Assembly (NCBI GenBank): GCA_002376875.1
Contig: DFOT01000001.1
Location: forward strand, 40,659-104,658
Direction: 5' to 3'
Length of the DNA: 64,000 nt
DNA from: Opitutia bacterium UBA3534
GTDB lineage: Bacteria; Verrucomicrobiota; Verrucomicrobiia; Opitutales; UBA3534
The notes beneath the pieces were generated by a model. That model was not told where the DNA came from, did no database searches, and saw nothing but the letters and a program-made list of their open reading frames with translations. This document shows positions 36,555-46,144 of this stretch, one piece after another; the first letter of the stretch is position 1, and each line of letters starts with the position of its first letter. Both the position numbers and the translations under genes were made by a program.

Positions 36555-37985
36555 TTAAAAGCGCTGATTGGCAAGCTGGTTTTGTAAAGACTCAACCGTA
36601 TGCTTAATTGAAGCATCTTGCTCCATCATGTTTTCTACGGTTTTGCAGGCGTGGATTACGGTCCCGTGGTCCCGGCCACCAAAGTCATTCCCGATTTCTT
36701 GAAGGGAGTGACTGGTAAGCATGCGGGAGAGGTACATTGCAATTTGTCTTGGGAAGGCAATATTCGCCGGTCGGCGCTTACTGCTCATGTCCTCAATCGT
36801 CAGCTTATAGTATTTGGCGATCTTTTCTTGGATCTTTTCGATCGAGATCTTGTTTTGAGCTTCCTCTTGCAAAATATCTTGCAGGAGTTTTTCAACGGAC
36901 GCGATGTCAATAGAGCCATTAGTGAGGGCTGCATAACCCGCAACACGGGTTAGGGCTCCTTCCATACGACGTACGTTACGTGAGACACGCTCAGCGAGGA
37001 ATTCCATAATGGGTTCCTCAAGCTCAAGGTTCATGGCTTCTGCCTTTTTAGCGAGAATGGCCATGCGGGTTTCCAGGTCAGGTGCTTGGATGTCTGTTAC
37101 CAAACCCCACTGGAAACGAGAGACAAGGCGGTTTTCGAGTTTTGCAATCTCGTTCACCGGCCGATCCGAGCTCATTACAATCTGTTTTCCTGATTCAAAC
37201 AGCTCGTTAAAAGTGTGGAAGAACTCCTCTTGGATACGTTCTTTGCCAGAGAGGAAGTGAATGTCGTCAATAAGCAAGACGTCTGCTTGACGGTATTTTT
37301 GTCTAAATTTGATAACGCTGTTTTCTTGGATAGCGCGGATGTACTCGTTAGTGAATTTCTCGGAGGAGACGTAAATGATCTTTGCCTCGGGGTTCGTGTT
37401 GAGCACATGATGGGCGATCGCCTGCATGGAGTGAGTTTTTCCGAGTCCGGTATCTCCGTAGAGGAAGAGGGGGTTATAGGCCTTACCAGGGGCATTCGCT
37501 ACAGCAATACAAGCAGCATGAGCGAGTTGGTTTCCTACGCCCACTACGTAGTTTTCGAAAGTGTTCTTAGGGTTGAGCAGGTAATGTCTTTGAGCCTTAG
37601 GCTTCTTAAAGCGATCGTCTGCAGCTGTTGTGTTTAGGTTGGGGATGCGTGTTGTAGGGGTTTCTAGGCCAGAAAGTGCGTCTTGAGCTGAAGGGACCTT
37701 AGTGGGGGTTGTTTCACGGGCAAGATCATTGCCGGTCGCCTTAATTTCAACAGCCATAGAATGGCCAGTGGCCATTTGAAAACGTTTCGCAATAAGGTCT
37801 GAGTAGTTATCTTGAATCCAGATAGCCGCGAAATCGTTCGGGACCCCTAAAGTGATGCTTTCATCGTCTTGCTGTATGCATTCCATGGATTCAAACCAGG
37901 TGCGATAAACATCATGGGGGAAGAGACTTTGAAAGTCACTTTTTACGGTTTCCCAGAGATCTTGGGTACAAGTAGTATGGCTCAT
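36555..37985 (-). CDS. dnaA: chromosomal replication initiator DnaA
   Basis: Walker A GDTGLGKTHSMQAI, LLIDDIHFL, sensor motifs, and C-terminal DNA-binding GGRDHGTVIHACK. Confidence 0.95.
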   Translation of the reverse strand: MSHTTCTQDLWETVKSDFQSLFPHDVYRTWFESMECIQQDDESITLGVPNDFAAIWIQDNYSDLIAKRFQMATGHSMAVEIKATGNDLARETTPTKVPSAQDALSGLETPTTRIPNLNTTAADDRFKKPKAQRHYLLNPKNTFENYVVGVGNQLAHAACIAVANAPGKAYNPLFLYGDTGLGKTHSMQAIAHHVLNTNPEAKIIYVSSEKFTNEYIRAIQENSVIKFRQKYRQADVLLIDDIHFLSGKERIQEEFFHTFNELFESGKQIVMSSDRPVNEIAKLENRLVSRFQWGLVTDIQAPDLETRMAILAKKAEAMNLELEEPIMEFLAERVSRNVRRMEGALTRVAGYAALTNGSIDIASVEKLLQDILQEEAQNKISIEKIQEKIAKYYKLTIEDMSSKRRPANIAFPRQIAMYLSRMLTSHSLQEIGNDFGGRDHGTVIHACKTVENMMEQDASIKHTVESLQNQLANQRF

Positions 37986-38175
37986 GTGGTTATTGTCAGA
38001 AAAAAGAGGGTTAAGAGTGAGGGTTGATAATCAAGTTGTTGCAAGGTGTTGTTTTAATAAGTCAGCTAAGGGGCCTGCTGCTCTTATTAACCCTGCATGA
38101 TAAGCGGCGGTGCATCAACTGCAGCTGGCTTATGCTTTGTATTATGAGTGGTTTTGATTATCTGAGACATATAAT

Positions 38176-38700
38176 TGTGAAAAAACGGGGTATGAATAAG
38201 ATTTTATCGTGAACAAGACGTGTTTTGGTCTATGAATAAGAGTAAATCCCCAAAGCTTATTCGATGGCAAGTGCAACTTTCTAACAAGTTATTCACGGAC
38301 TTTTGCGCACAAATTTTGCAGAAAAAGGTTGCTTTTATTTGGGGTGGTTCTTTAGTTAATAACTTGCTGTTTGTGAACAACTTACGGGACAAAAAACTGT
38401 GTCAAGGAAAAACCTGAACTTTTGATCGTTATGTGAAGGGCATCTTCTGGCGGATGTGAGTTAAGGTGAGAGAGACAATTTGTCTCATGCAATATTTTGT
38501 AAGTGTGTTTCATATATGCCTGTCTGAATAGCAACATCTCTGGATCCCGCATCAGTAAAGCTTCTCGCAGCGATACCTATAAGGAATGCTAAGGAAAATA
38601 TTTGATTTTTCTCTCTTAAAAAAGATTGTATTTGTTTTTTGAATACAAATTAAAGTTTTTATAAGGCGTTGACTCGGCTATAAACCGCATAAAAAAGGGA
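38176..38700. other. candidate oriC: cluster of degenerate DnaA-box-like 9-mers plus an AT-rich stretch
   Basis: The region is a 770-bp non-coding gap upstream of dnaA. It contains TATGAATAA (38191, 38231), CGTGAACAA (38208), TTATTCACG (38289) and TGTGAACAA (38372), each within 1-2 mismatches of TTATNCACA or its complement. An AT-rich tract runs at ~38586-38700. Confidence 0.4.
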
Positions 38701-38755
38701 TTTATTGACTTTAGGCAGTGTGTAGGGTTAAATTTTACTATTTTCTATCTTTCTT

Positions 38756-41236
38756 TTGACTTTTATGGGGGCTCCACCAACTAAACGCACTTATTCAAAT
38801 CTTTCTCTAGAATCTTGGTTTCAGCACCTGATTCCGGAGTGGGAGGGGTATTTTCCTGTGGAAGCTTTGCGCCTGGGTCGGGAATGCTACCGGGATGATA
38901 TTATTAGGGAGGTGGAGCTCTCTAATGAGGATGCCATTGTAAATGCCAAGATTAAAGGGGAGGAGCATTATGCGGTTCTGGAGTGGAAGGAAGGAGCGCT
39001 TTCGAGCCGGGCTTCAGTCCAAAACCCTATTTTGGGGAAGGCATTGGCTGTGGCCGGTATTTATGAGATTGAGGCATTAATTGCTGATGAAATCTCCATG
39101 CTGCCGCTTGAAGATGATGTAGAGCCTGAAGAGCCTCTCTATGAGGACTGGAGGCTGCAATTCCCGCAGGAACCTCAGGCAGTCGCGCGCCCTTTAGTAT
39201 TAGAAGTCTCTGTGGGTAGCTTGGGGCTTATGGTGCGTTCTTTTTGGCAAGACCCTGAGAAAGGTCGCATCCCTGCTTTGACGGACAAGGAAAGTTTAAA
39301 GGGGCAGGCCCTGTCCTTGCCTGAGCGAGAGAAGATTATTCAATTTATCCGGCTTGCGCATCGTGCAGGGTTTCGTCTGCTACCTTATAAGAAAGCTTAC
39401 GTGCTGAAGGATTTTAGTAATGCACAATATTTCTTGAAAAAAGAATTACCGCGATGGCGTTTGTGGTTTCGTGTAGAGCGCGATAAAGAACTTTTATTAC
39501 TTAGGAAAGGGGAGCAATCTTTGGAGGCTATTACTCAATTAGCCGCCGATGATAGGGCGTCTGCCCGTTTGTCATGGAAGCTTTGCTTGGGGGATGAGCT
39601 GCTTTCAGAACTTGAGAGCTCTTCAGTGATGCGTCATGTGGGCCAGGTTACTTTCTTGAAAGGAAAAGGTTTAGTACGTTTGAGCGCGCCTCGCCAGAAA
39701 CTCCTTACAGATTGGCAAGGGTTTGCGGATAAGCAAATACCCTATTATATGCTCTTTGCTTTTAGCCAAGAGGCAGGGAAGGCACTCGAGCTAAGCCCTG
39801 AGCTTGAGTCTTGGAAAGCTTCTTTATTAAAGGGGCCTCAGGAAAAAGAAAAGAAGATCGGCTGTTTAAGGCCTTATCAGGAACGTGGAGTCAAGTTTTT
39901 AAGGCACTTAGCAGAGCATGATTGCCACGGCTTGTTAGCAGATGAGATGGGGTTAGGGAAAACCTTACAGACCCTCAGTCTAATCGCCAGCTACCCTACA
40001 AGGGGAAAACCGAGTTTAATAGTGTGTCCGGCAAGTGTAATTCCTGTATGGATAAAGGAGGCTGCGCAGTTTTTCCCGGAATTAAAATTAGCGGTACTTA
40101 AGAAGGGCAATGACTTTAAGGCCTTAGAGCAGCCGGATGTTTGGTTGAGTAGTTATACTCAATTGCGTAGGCACAAGCCTTTATTAGGAGAGGTTGAGTT
40201 TGGTTATGCTGTGCTTGATGAAGGGCAGTTTATTAAAAACCCTGAGGCAAAAGTAACCCAGGCGTGCTTATCAGTACGTGCGGCCCACCGCTTTGTTCTC
40301 ACGGGAACGCCTTTAGAGAACCGAGTTTTAGATGTGTGGACACTTTTCAGGTTTTTAATGCCAGGGTTATTAGGGACGCGCAAGCAGTTTGAAAATCGCT
40401 TTGCAAACCAAGATGCTGAAAGTCTCGAAGCCTTGCGGACTCAGATAGCGCCTTTTGTATTGCGCCGCAAAAAAACAGATGTGCTTGAAGAGTTACCTGA
40501 AAAGGTAGAAATGGATTTGCATTGCCCACTGACTGATCTTCAGCGCGAAAACTATCAGGAACTTGTTGAAAAGGGGACTGCTGCCATGACGGGGGCCTTA
40601 CCCCAGGTTATGAAGCACCAGTCGATGAGTGTCTTAACTCTGCTGACACGTTTGCGCCAGGTCTGCTGTGACCCTGCGCTGCTGCCTGAACATAAGCCCT
40701 GTGATTTTCAGCAAAGCGGTAAGCTAAAGGTCTTGCTGGAAAGATTGAGTGAATTGCTCGAAGGGGGGCACAAGATCGTGATCTTTAGCCAGTTTGTAAG
40801 TTTATTGGATCGAGTAGAGGGCGCTATTACTCAAGAGTATCCACACTGTCCTTTATATAAATTAACGGGCCAGACTTTGGATCGAGCAGAGCCTGTAGAT
40901 ACTTTTCAGGAGGCAGAAGGCGCTGCTGTGATTTTAGTTTCGTTACGTGCGGGCGGTACAGGGATTACCCTGCATGCAGCTGAATATGTTTTCTTGCTCG
41001 ACCCCTGGTGGAACCCTGCTGTTGAGGCTCAAGCAATTGATCGGGTGCACCGCATTGGACAAAAGCATCCTACTTTTATTTATCGTTTAGTTGCACCTGG
41101 AACGGTTGAGGAGCGGATCCAAAAGCTGAAGACTCAAAAGAAAGATTTATTTGAGGGTGTGGTTGGGGAATTGAAGGATGTTTCCCAGGTATTAAGTTAT
41201 TACGAATCTCTAGGGCAGCTCATTGACCTAGAGTAA
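38756..41236 (+). CDS. SNF2/RapA-family DEAD-like helicase with N-terminal SWIM-like (apparently ligand-less) region
   Basis: LRPYQERGVKFLRHL....GLLADEMGLGKTLQT, DEGQFIKN, helicase-C motifs GGTGITL and QAIDRVHRIGQ. The start (TTG 38756 or ATG 38765) is uncertain. Confidence 0.85.
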   Translation: MTFMGAPPTKRTYSNLSLESWFQHLIPEWEGYFPVEALRLGRECYRDDIIREVELSNEDAIVNAKIKGEEHYAVLEWKEGALSSRASVQNPILGKALAVAGIYEIEALIADEISMLPLEDDVEPEEPLYEDWRLQFPQEPQAVARPLVLEVSVGSLGLMVRSFWQDPEKGRIPALTDKESLKGQALSLPEREKIIQFIRLAHRAGFRLLPYKKAYVLKDFSNAQYFLKKELPRWRLWFRVERDKELLLLRKGEQSLEAITQLAADDRASARLSWKLCLGDELLSELESSSVMRHVGQVTFLKGKGLVRLSAPRQKLLTDWQGFADKQIPYYMLFAFSQEAGKALELSPELESWKASLLKGPQEKEKKIGCLRPYQERGVKFLRHLAEHDCHGLLADEMGLGKTLQTLSLIASYPTRGKPSLIVCPASVIPVWIKEAAQFFPELKLAVLKKGNDFKALEQPDVWLSSYTQLRRHKPLLGEVEFGYAVLDEGQFIKNPEAKVTQACLSVRAAHRFVLTGTPLENRVLDVWTLFRFLMPGLLGTRKQFENRFANQDAESLEALRTQIAPFVLRRKKTDVLEELPEKVEMDLHCPLTDLQRENYQELVEKGTAAMTGALPQVMKHQSMSVLTLLTRLRQVCCDPALLPEHKPCDFQQSGKLKVLLERLSELLEGGHKIVIFSQFVSLLDRVEGAITQEYPHCPLYKLTGQTLDRAEPVDTFQEAEGAAVILVSLRAGGTGITLHAAEYVFLLDPWWNPAVEAQAIDRVHRIGQKHPTFIYRLVAPGTVEERIQKLKTQKKDLFEGVVGELKDVSQVLSYYESLGQLIDLE

Positions 41237-41239
41237 GCC

Positions 41240-42709
41240 CTAGTGATGACGAGTTCGTGCATCAATAGCCCACTGGTAAATATCAGTATACTTTTTGGCG
41301 GACCTATCCCAGGAGAATTCTTTTTGCATCGCATTCTTCTGGAGCTTTTTGATGGCTTTGGGTTTGTCATAGTAGGTGGCGCAGGCCCAGCCTATAGTGT
41401 AGTAAAGCCCATTGGTGCTAGCTTCACCGAATAAGAAACCTGTGCCTGTTTCTTCCTGTTCGTTATAAGACTCAATAGTGTCGACCAACCCTCCTGTAGC
41501 GCGTGCAATAGGGAGTGTTCCGTAATTCATCGCGTACATTTGAGTTAGGCCACAAGGTTCGAAACGGCTAGGCATTACAAAGAAGTCAGCCCCTGAGAAG
41601 ACTAAGTGTGAGAGCTTGGGACAGTAGCCAATATAGGCCCCCACTTGGCCTGGGTAGGCATTCGCATAGTGTGAAAACAAATGCTCTAGGGTTGGATCCC
41701 CGGCCCCGACTACTATGACTTGGATCTTCATCTCGGCTATCAGTCTTGGGATGATAGCGGCCAAAAGGTCTAGGCCTTTTTGATCGTATAAGCGCGCAAC
41801 AGCCCCAAAAATGGGTATGTTAGGGTCTTTTTTGAGATTAAAAGCCTTTTGGAGGGTTTCTTTGCAAAGCGCTTTTCCAGAAAGGTCTTTTGTTGAAAAA
41901 TGAGCAGGGAGGCGTTTATCTGTCTGAGGATCCCAAAAGTCTGTATCGATACCGTTCAAGACTCCAATGAGGTCAGCGCCTCGGAAGCGCAATACATCCT
42001 CAAGCCCACAACCAAATTGAGGGCCCCTGATTTCTTGAGCATAATGGGGGCTTACCGCTGTAATCTTTGTGGCATGGTAGAGGGCGCCCTTTAACATGTT
42101 GATATTACCCACACACTCTAAGCCATCGTTACGTAAGAGCCATGCTGGAAGCCCTGCGAATTGAAGTGTCTCAGGCCCGAACACGCCTTGGTGGCGCAAG
42201 CTATGGATAGTGAAGACAGTGGCTGCTTGGCCTAGCGGCTTGTAGCGTTCTATGGTATTTAGGTAAACCGGTACCAGCCCTGTGGGCCAATCATGGCAAT
42301 GGATTACGTCTGGAATCCAGTCTAGGTGGTAGCATAAATCAAGCCCTGCTCGGCTAAGGAAAGTGAAGCGCTCGTGGTTATCGCTGTGGTCTCCCCAGGG
42401 GCCTGTATAGATTTCATGGCGTTCAAAATACTGATTATACTCCAAGAGGTATACAGGGATGTCCGTATGGGGGACTTTTGCTTCCCACAGGCCTGCCTGA
42501 AGTATGCGCCCTTCGCCTAAGTGGACTTCAAGGGGGTTTTTATCTAACTTCCAGTCTTCTTTTTTTTGAATGCAGCCGTAGCGCGGGAGTACGATGCGCA
42601 CATCGTGCCCTAGCTTGCGCAGTGCTTTAGGTAAAGAGCCTGCAACATCTGCAAGCCCACCAACTTGGGCAAAAGGGGTAGCCTCAGGTGTGATGAATAG
42701 TATTTTCAT
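41240..42709 (-). CDS. glgA: glycogen synthase
   Basis: MKILFITPEATPFAQVGGLADV (K-x-GGL) and a GT5 C-terminal domain. Start set at ATG 42709; the 38-codon upstream extension in the track overlaps the LysR gene. Confidence 0.9.
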   Translation of the reverse strand: MKILFITPEATPFAQVGGLADVAGSLPKALRKLGHDVRIVLPRYGCIQKKEDWKLDKNPLEVHLGEGRILQAGLWEAKVPHTDIPVYLLEYNQYFERHEIYTGPWGDHSDNHERFTFLSRAGLDLCYHLDWIPDVIHCHDWPTGLVPVYLNTIERYKPLGQAATVFTIHSLRHQGVFGPETLQFAGLPAWLLRNDGLECVGNINMLKGALYHATKITAVSPHYAQEIRGPQFGCGLEDVLRFRGADLIGVLNGIDTDFWDPQTDKRLPAHFSTKDLSGKALCKETLQKAFNLKKDPNIPIFGAVARLYDQKGLDLLAAIIPRLIAEMKIQVIVVGAGDPTLEHLFSHYANAYPGQVGAYIGYCPKLSHLVFSGADFFVMPSRFEPCGLTQMYAMNYGTLPIARATGGLVDTIESYNEQEETGTGFLFGEASTNGLYYTIGWACATYYDKPKAIKKLQKNAMQKEFSWDRSAKKYTDIYQWAIDARTRHH

Positions 42710-43584
42710 GTAGTGAGGAACATATCGATGAATTTCTTCATGGCTGGAGTGAGGAGCTTGTTTTGATGGTGAATAATAGAGATAGGTCGCATGAAGTCTT
42801 CCCAGTCGATGGGGATTGTGCACAGGAGGCCTTGTTCAAGCTCGCGTGCTATATTTGTTTTAGGGAGAATGGCTATTCCAGCGTTAATTTCAACAGCACG
42901 TTTGATGTTTTCTGTGTCGTAGAAACTCATAGCTGTTTCTACAGCAATATTATATTTCTTAAAGACATCCTGGATTGCTCCATAAGAAGGGACGTCGCTG
43001 TCAAAGTGAATAAAGGGATGCTGCTCTAGCTCTTTAAAGGGTAGGCGGCTTTTAGTGCTTAAAGGGCTTTCTGGAGAACACACTAAGACCATCTCTTCTT
43101 CGAGGAAAGGGATTGCTGTAATGTGTCGTGTTTTAGAATGGAAGGCCACAAAGCCTAAGTCTGCTATGCCTTCTAAGATATCTTCATAGACATGCTTAGC
43201 CCGTCTGTACTCGATGTTAACCCTGACAGTAGGGTGCTCCTTCAGGAACTGCTTTATATAGCGAGGGAGTTCGTGCAATCCAATACTGGATGTTGTAGAA
43301 ATACGGATGAGCCCAGCAATTTCTTTTTTAGCTGTCTGGATTTTGCAAAGCATAGCCTCATAGGCATGGAGGATCTCTTTGGCGCTTTCGTAAAGAATGT
43401 GACCTTCCGGGGTGAGCTGAAATTGCTTTTGACTGTTATCGATAATAGGGGTGTTGTAGGTCTTTTCCATGACCTTAAGCTTCTGGCTCACTGCAGATTG
43501 AGTAATCCCATTTACTTTGGCTGCCTCCGAAAAGCTTTGCTTTTCGACAAGGTCTTTAAATACCTGGAGACTTTCAATTTGCAT
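42706..43584 (-). CDS. LysR-family transcriptional regulator
   Basis: N-terminal wHTH FSEAAKVNGITQSAVSQKLKVMEK plus a LysR substrate-binding domain. Its stop overlaps the glgA start (ATGA). Confidence 0.85.
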   Translation of the reverse strand: MQIESLQVFKDLVEKQSFSEAAKVNGITQSAVSQKLKVMEKTYNTPIIDNSQKQFQLTPEGHILYESAKEILHAYEAMLCKIQTAKKEIAGLIRISTTSSIGLHELPRYIKQFLKEHPTVRVNIEYRRAKHVYEDILEGIADLGFVAFHSKTRHITAIPFLEEEMVLVCSPESPLSTKSRLPFKELEQHPFIHFDSDVPSYGAIQDVFKKYNIAVETAMSFYDTENIKRAVEINAGIAILPKTNIARELEQGLLCTIPIDWEDFMRPISIIHHQNKLLTPAMKKFIDMFLTT

Positions 43585-43634
43585 ACACGAGTAGTTTACA
43601 ATATTATGCAACTTAAGATCAATTTTTTATTTTT

Positions 43635-44327
43635 ATGATAAATTACGAAGCTTTTTTAGAAAATTATAAACAGCTTCAGGCTTCTATCGCTAAAGTATGT
43701 TCGGAATGTGGCCGTAGCCCCGAAACCGTAAAGGTAACTGCTGTGACTAAAAATAATCCTGCAGATTGTGTGGAATATGCCCATAAAGCAGGCTTATTTG
43801 CTGTTGGGGAAAACCGTATTCAAGAAGCTCAATCAAAAAAAGAGGAACTTCAGGATAATTCTATCCGATGGGAATTAGTGGGGCACTTGCAAAGTAATAA
43901 AGCTAAGAAAGCGATTGAACTTTTTGATCGTATTCAAACAGTGGACAGCTTTGCTTTGGCACAACGTATAGATCGCATTGCTGGAGAGCTTGGGATTCAG
44001 CAGGCAATATTGCTTCAGTTTAATACAGGCGAAGATCCTAAGAAGTTTGGGGCGACTCAACTAGAGGCTCATAAATTAGTTGAATCTGTCCTGACGCTTA
44101 AAAATATAAAATTAGAGGGCTTGATGACGATTGCGCCGATAGGAAAAGAAGAAGCAAGAGTTGCTTTTAAGCGTTTAGCTAATCTTAAGGAAGAGTTAGA
44201 GTCTACCTTGGGTGTTACATTGCCAGAGTTATCCATGGGGATGAGTGGTGACTTTGAGGAGGCTATTGCAGCAGGTAGTACCTTGATACGAGTAGGGACT
44301 TATTTATTTGGTGAGAGGTCTTATTAA
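43635..44327 (+). CDS. YggS-family pyridoxal-phosphate homeostasis protein
   Basis: VTAVTKNNP (PLP lysine), GENRIQEA, HLQSNK, LSMGMSGDF. Confidence 0.85.
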   Translation: MINYEAFLENYKQLQASIAKVCSECGRSPETVKVTAVTKNNPADCVEYAHKAGLFAVGENRIQEAQSKKEELQDNSIRWELVGHLQSNKAKKAIELFDRIQTVDSFALAQRIDRIAGELGIQQAILLQFNTGEDPKKFGATQLEAHKLVESVLTLKNIKLEGLMTIAPIGKEEARVAFKRLANLKEELESTLGVTLPELSMGMSGDFEEAIAAGSTLIRVGTYLFGERSY

Positions 44328-44342
44328 ATGTAAAATGCCCTA

Positions 44343-45176
44343 ATGCTTACCCCTGAAAAGAAAGAGAGTTTTATTAAACTATTGGATGATGATACTCCAG
44401 CAATACGTAAGGCCCTTTTTGAGGAGTTTGAGCGCCTAGGAGAAGAAGCTGTTGATTTTTTACGCGAGTTAGCTTTGGGTGCTGAAGAGCCCACAGCAAG
44501 TAATGCCCGTGTTTTTTTAAAAGAATTTCTTCCGCATGATACCGTGGGCGAGTTTGTTGAATTTATTCGAGGAGTTGATCATGACCTTGAGGCAGGGGTC
44601 TTGCTTCTTGATCAGACGGTTTACCCTAAGCTCGATTTAGGAGAAGTCTCAGGTTTTTTTGATCAGGTTGCGAAACGAGCTAGAGAGCTTATGCTTCTTC
44701 CCTGTTCTTCCCAGGATAAATGTTTGGTTATTAATCGGGTGCTTTTTTTTGAATACGCCTTTCGAGGGAATCTTGAGCACTTTGATGATCCACTAAATAG
44801 CTTTCTACATCAGGTTATTAAGCGGCGTAAGGGAATCCCCATATCCCTTTCTATTCTTTATCTCTTGGTAGCTCAGCGCTGCGGTATTCCACTATCTCCT
44901 ATTGGGTTGCCTGGCTATGTCATGTTAGGCTGTTTTATAGAAAAAGAACCTTTCTATATTGATCCCTTTAAGGGGGGTATTATGTACTCGGTCAGGCAAA
45001 TGCGTGAAGTCCTCAAGATGCGCAAAGTGACTTTCAAGAAAAGCTATTTGGAGCCTATTTCTGTGACAGAGATTATACGCAGAACCTGTAAGAATTTAGT
45101 CCAACACTATACCGCACAGAAGCAGATAGCCTTAGCCCGCCTATTTGCACGTTTTGTGCACGAGTGTGAGCTTTAG
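44343..45176 (+). CDS. transglutaminase-like / SirB1 (YchA)-family protein
   Basis: LNSFLHQVIKRRKGIPISLSILYLLVAQRCGIPLSPIGLPGYVMLG is the typical SirB1 N-terminal core. Confidence 0.65.
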   Translation: MLTPEKKESFIKLLDDDTPAIRKALFEEFERLGEEAVDFLRELALGAEEPTASNARVFLKEFLPHDTVGEFVEFIRGVDHDLEAGVLLLDQTVYPKLDLGEVSGFFDQVAKRARELMLLPCSSQDKCLVINRVLFFEYAFRGNLEHFDDPLNSFLHQVIKRRKGIPISLSILYLLVAQRCGIPLSPIGLPGYVMLGCFIEKEPFYIDPFKGGIMYSVRQMREVLKMRKVTFKKSYLEPISVTEIIRRTCKNLVQHYTAQKQIALARLFARFVHECEL

Positions 45177-45235
45177 ACTGGGCAAATGTTTACTGAACTT
45201 GTTATACTCAGTTGCTTAATTATTCGACAAAGCTT

Positions 45236-46144
45236 ATGTACGACTTGATTTTACCCTATCTTCCTATTTTCATCTTCCTCTTGGGGGCCTGTGTGGGCAG
45301 CTTTCTTAATGTGTGTATTTACCGTATTCCTGAAGAGCGTTCACTCATGGGGCCGCGATCACACTGTCGTTGCGGTAAGCCTATTACTTGGTACGACAAT
45401 ATCCCTTTAATCAGCTGGTTTATTTTGCGAGGAAAAGCGCGTTGCTGTAAGAAGCCGTTTCCTTTCCGCTATTTTGTTGTAGAGGCGTTAACGGGTGTTT
45501 TGTTTTTATTATGCTGGGTGCTTTTAAGCCCTGTGCATGCTTGGGTAGGTATGGTTTTTATGGCTATTTTAATAGCCTCCACTTTTATAGATTTAGATCA
45601 TATGATCATCCCTGACCGTTTCACTATAGGGGGCATGGTTTTAGGCGTTGTTCTTTCAGGGATGTTCCCTGCTATGCATTTAGATACCCTTTCAGGTGTT
45701 TTTCTTTTAGATAGTGTGCATGCTGTGTTGGTTTCTTTGTTGGGTGCTTTTGTGGGTTCAGGGATGATTTTATGGTTGGCGCTCATTACAGAAGCAGTCC
45801 TCAACAAAGATGCAATGGGTTTTGGAGACGTAAAGCTTATGGGTGCTATTGGTGCTTTTTGTGGTTGGCAGGGTTCCTTTTTTGCGCTCTTTGGGGGGGC
45901 ATGCTGCGGGACTTTAATTATTGCAACCGTGATGCTGGGGCAGGCTTTAGGTCTTAGGCTTTCGATGAAAGCTATTAAGGAAACCCCAAGGAAGAAAACA
46001 AAAGATGTTAGTGACAATTTAGAGTGGGGCAGTTCCGTTCCCTTTGGGCCTTGGCTTGCTTTAGGGGCCGCTCTTTATTGGCTTTTCTTTCGCGTAGAGA
46101 CACTTCAGTTTCTTTCCAGCATTGAGGTCGTGTTTACCCAGTAG
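45236..46144 (+). CDS. prepilin peptidase (A24 family, PilD/GspO-like)
   Basis: GSFLNVCIYRIP...C..CG..I.WYDNIPLISW zinc-ribbon-like region and aspartyl motifs FIDLDHMIIPD and GFGDVKLMGAIG. ATG 45236 is preferred over TTG 45212. Confidence 0.85.
   Translation: MYDLILPYLPIFIFLLGACVGSFLNVCIYRIPEERSLMGPRSHCRCGKPITWYDNIPLISWFILRGKARCCKKPFPFRYFVVEALTGVLFLLCWVLLSPVHAWVGMVFMAILIASTFIDLDHMIIPDRFTIGGMVLGVVLSGMFPAMHLDTLSGVFLLDSVHAVLVSLLGAFVGSGMILWLALITEAVLNKDAMGFGDVKLMGAIGAFCGWQGSFFALFGGACCGTLIIATVMLGQALGLRLSMKAIKETPRKKTKDVSDNLEWGSSVPFGPWLALGAALYWLFFRVETLQFLSSIEVVFTQ

Noticed and set aside
42710-42823. 38-codon N-terminal extension of the glgA ORF in the track (similar 5' extensions occur on the hemL, rpiB, trmL, pilD, dapF-like and btuB-like ORFs)
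   Set aside because: The conserved protein N-termini begin at internal ATGs, often with an SD. The extensions overlap upstream genes or start at TTG/GTG without support.
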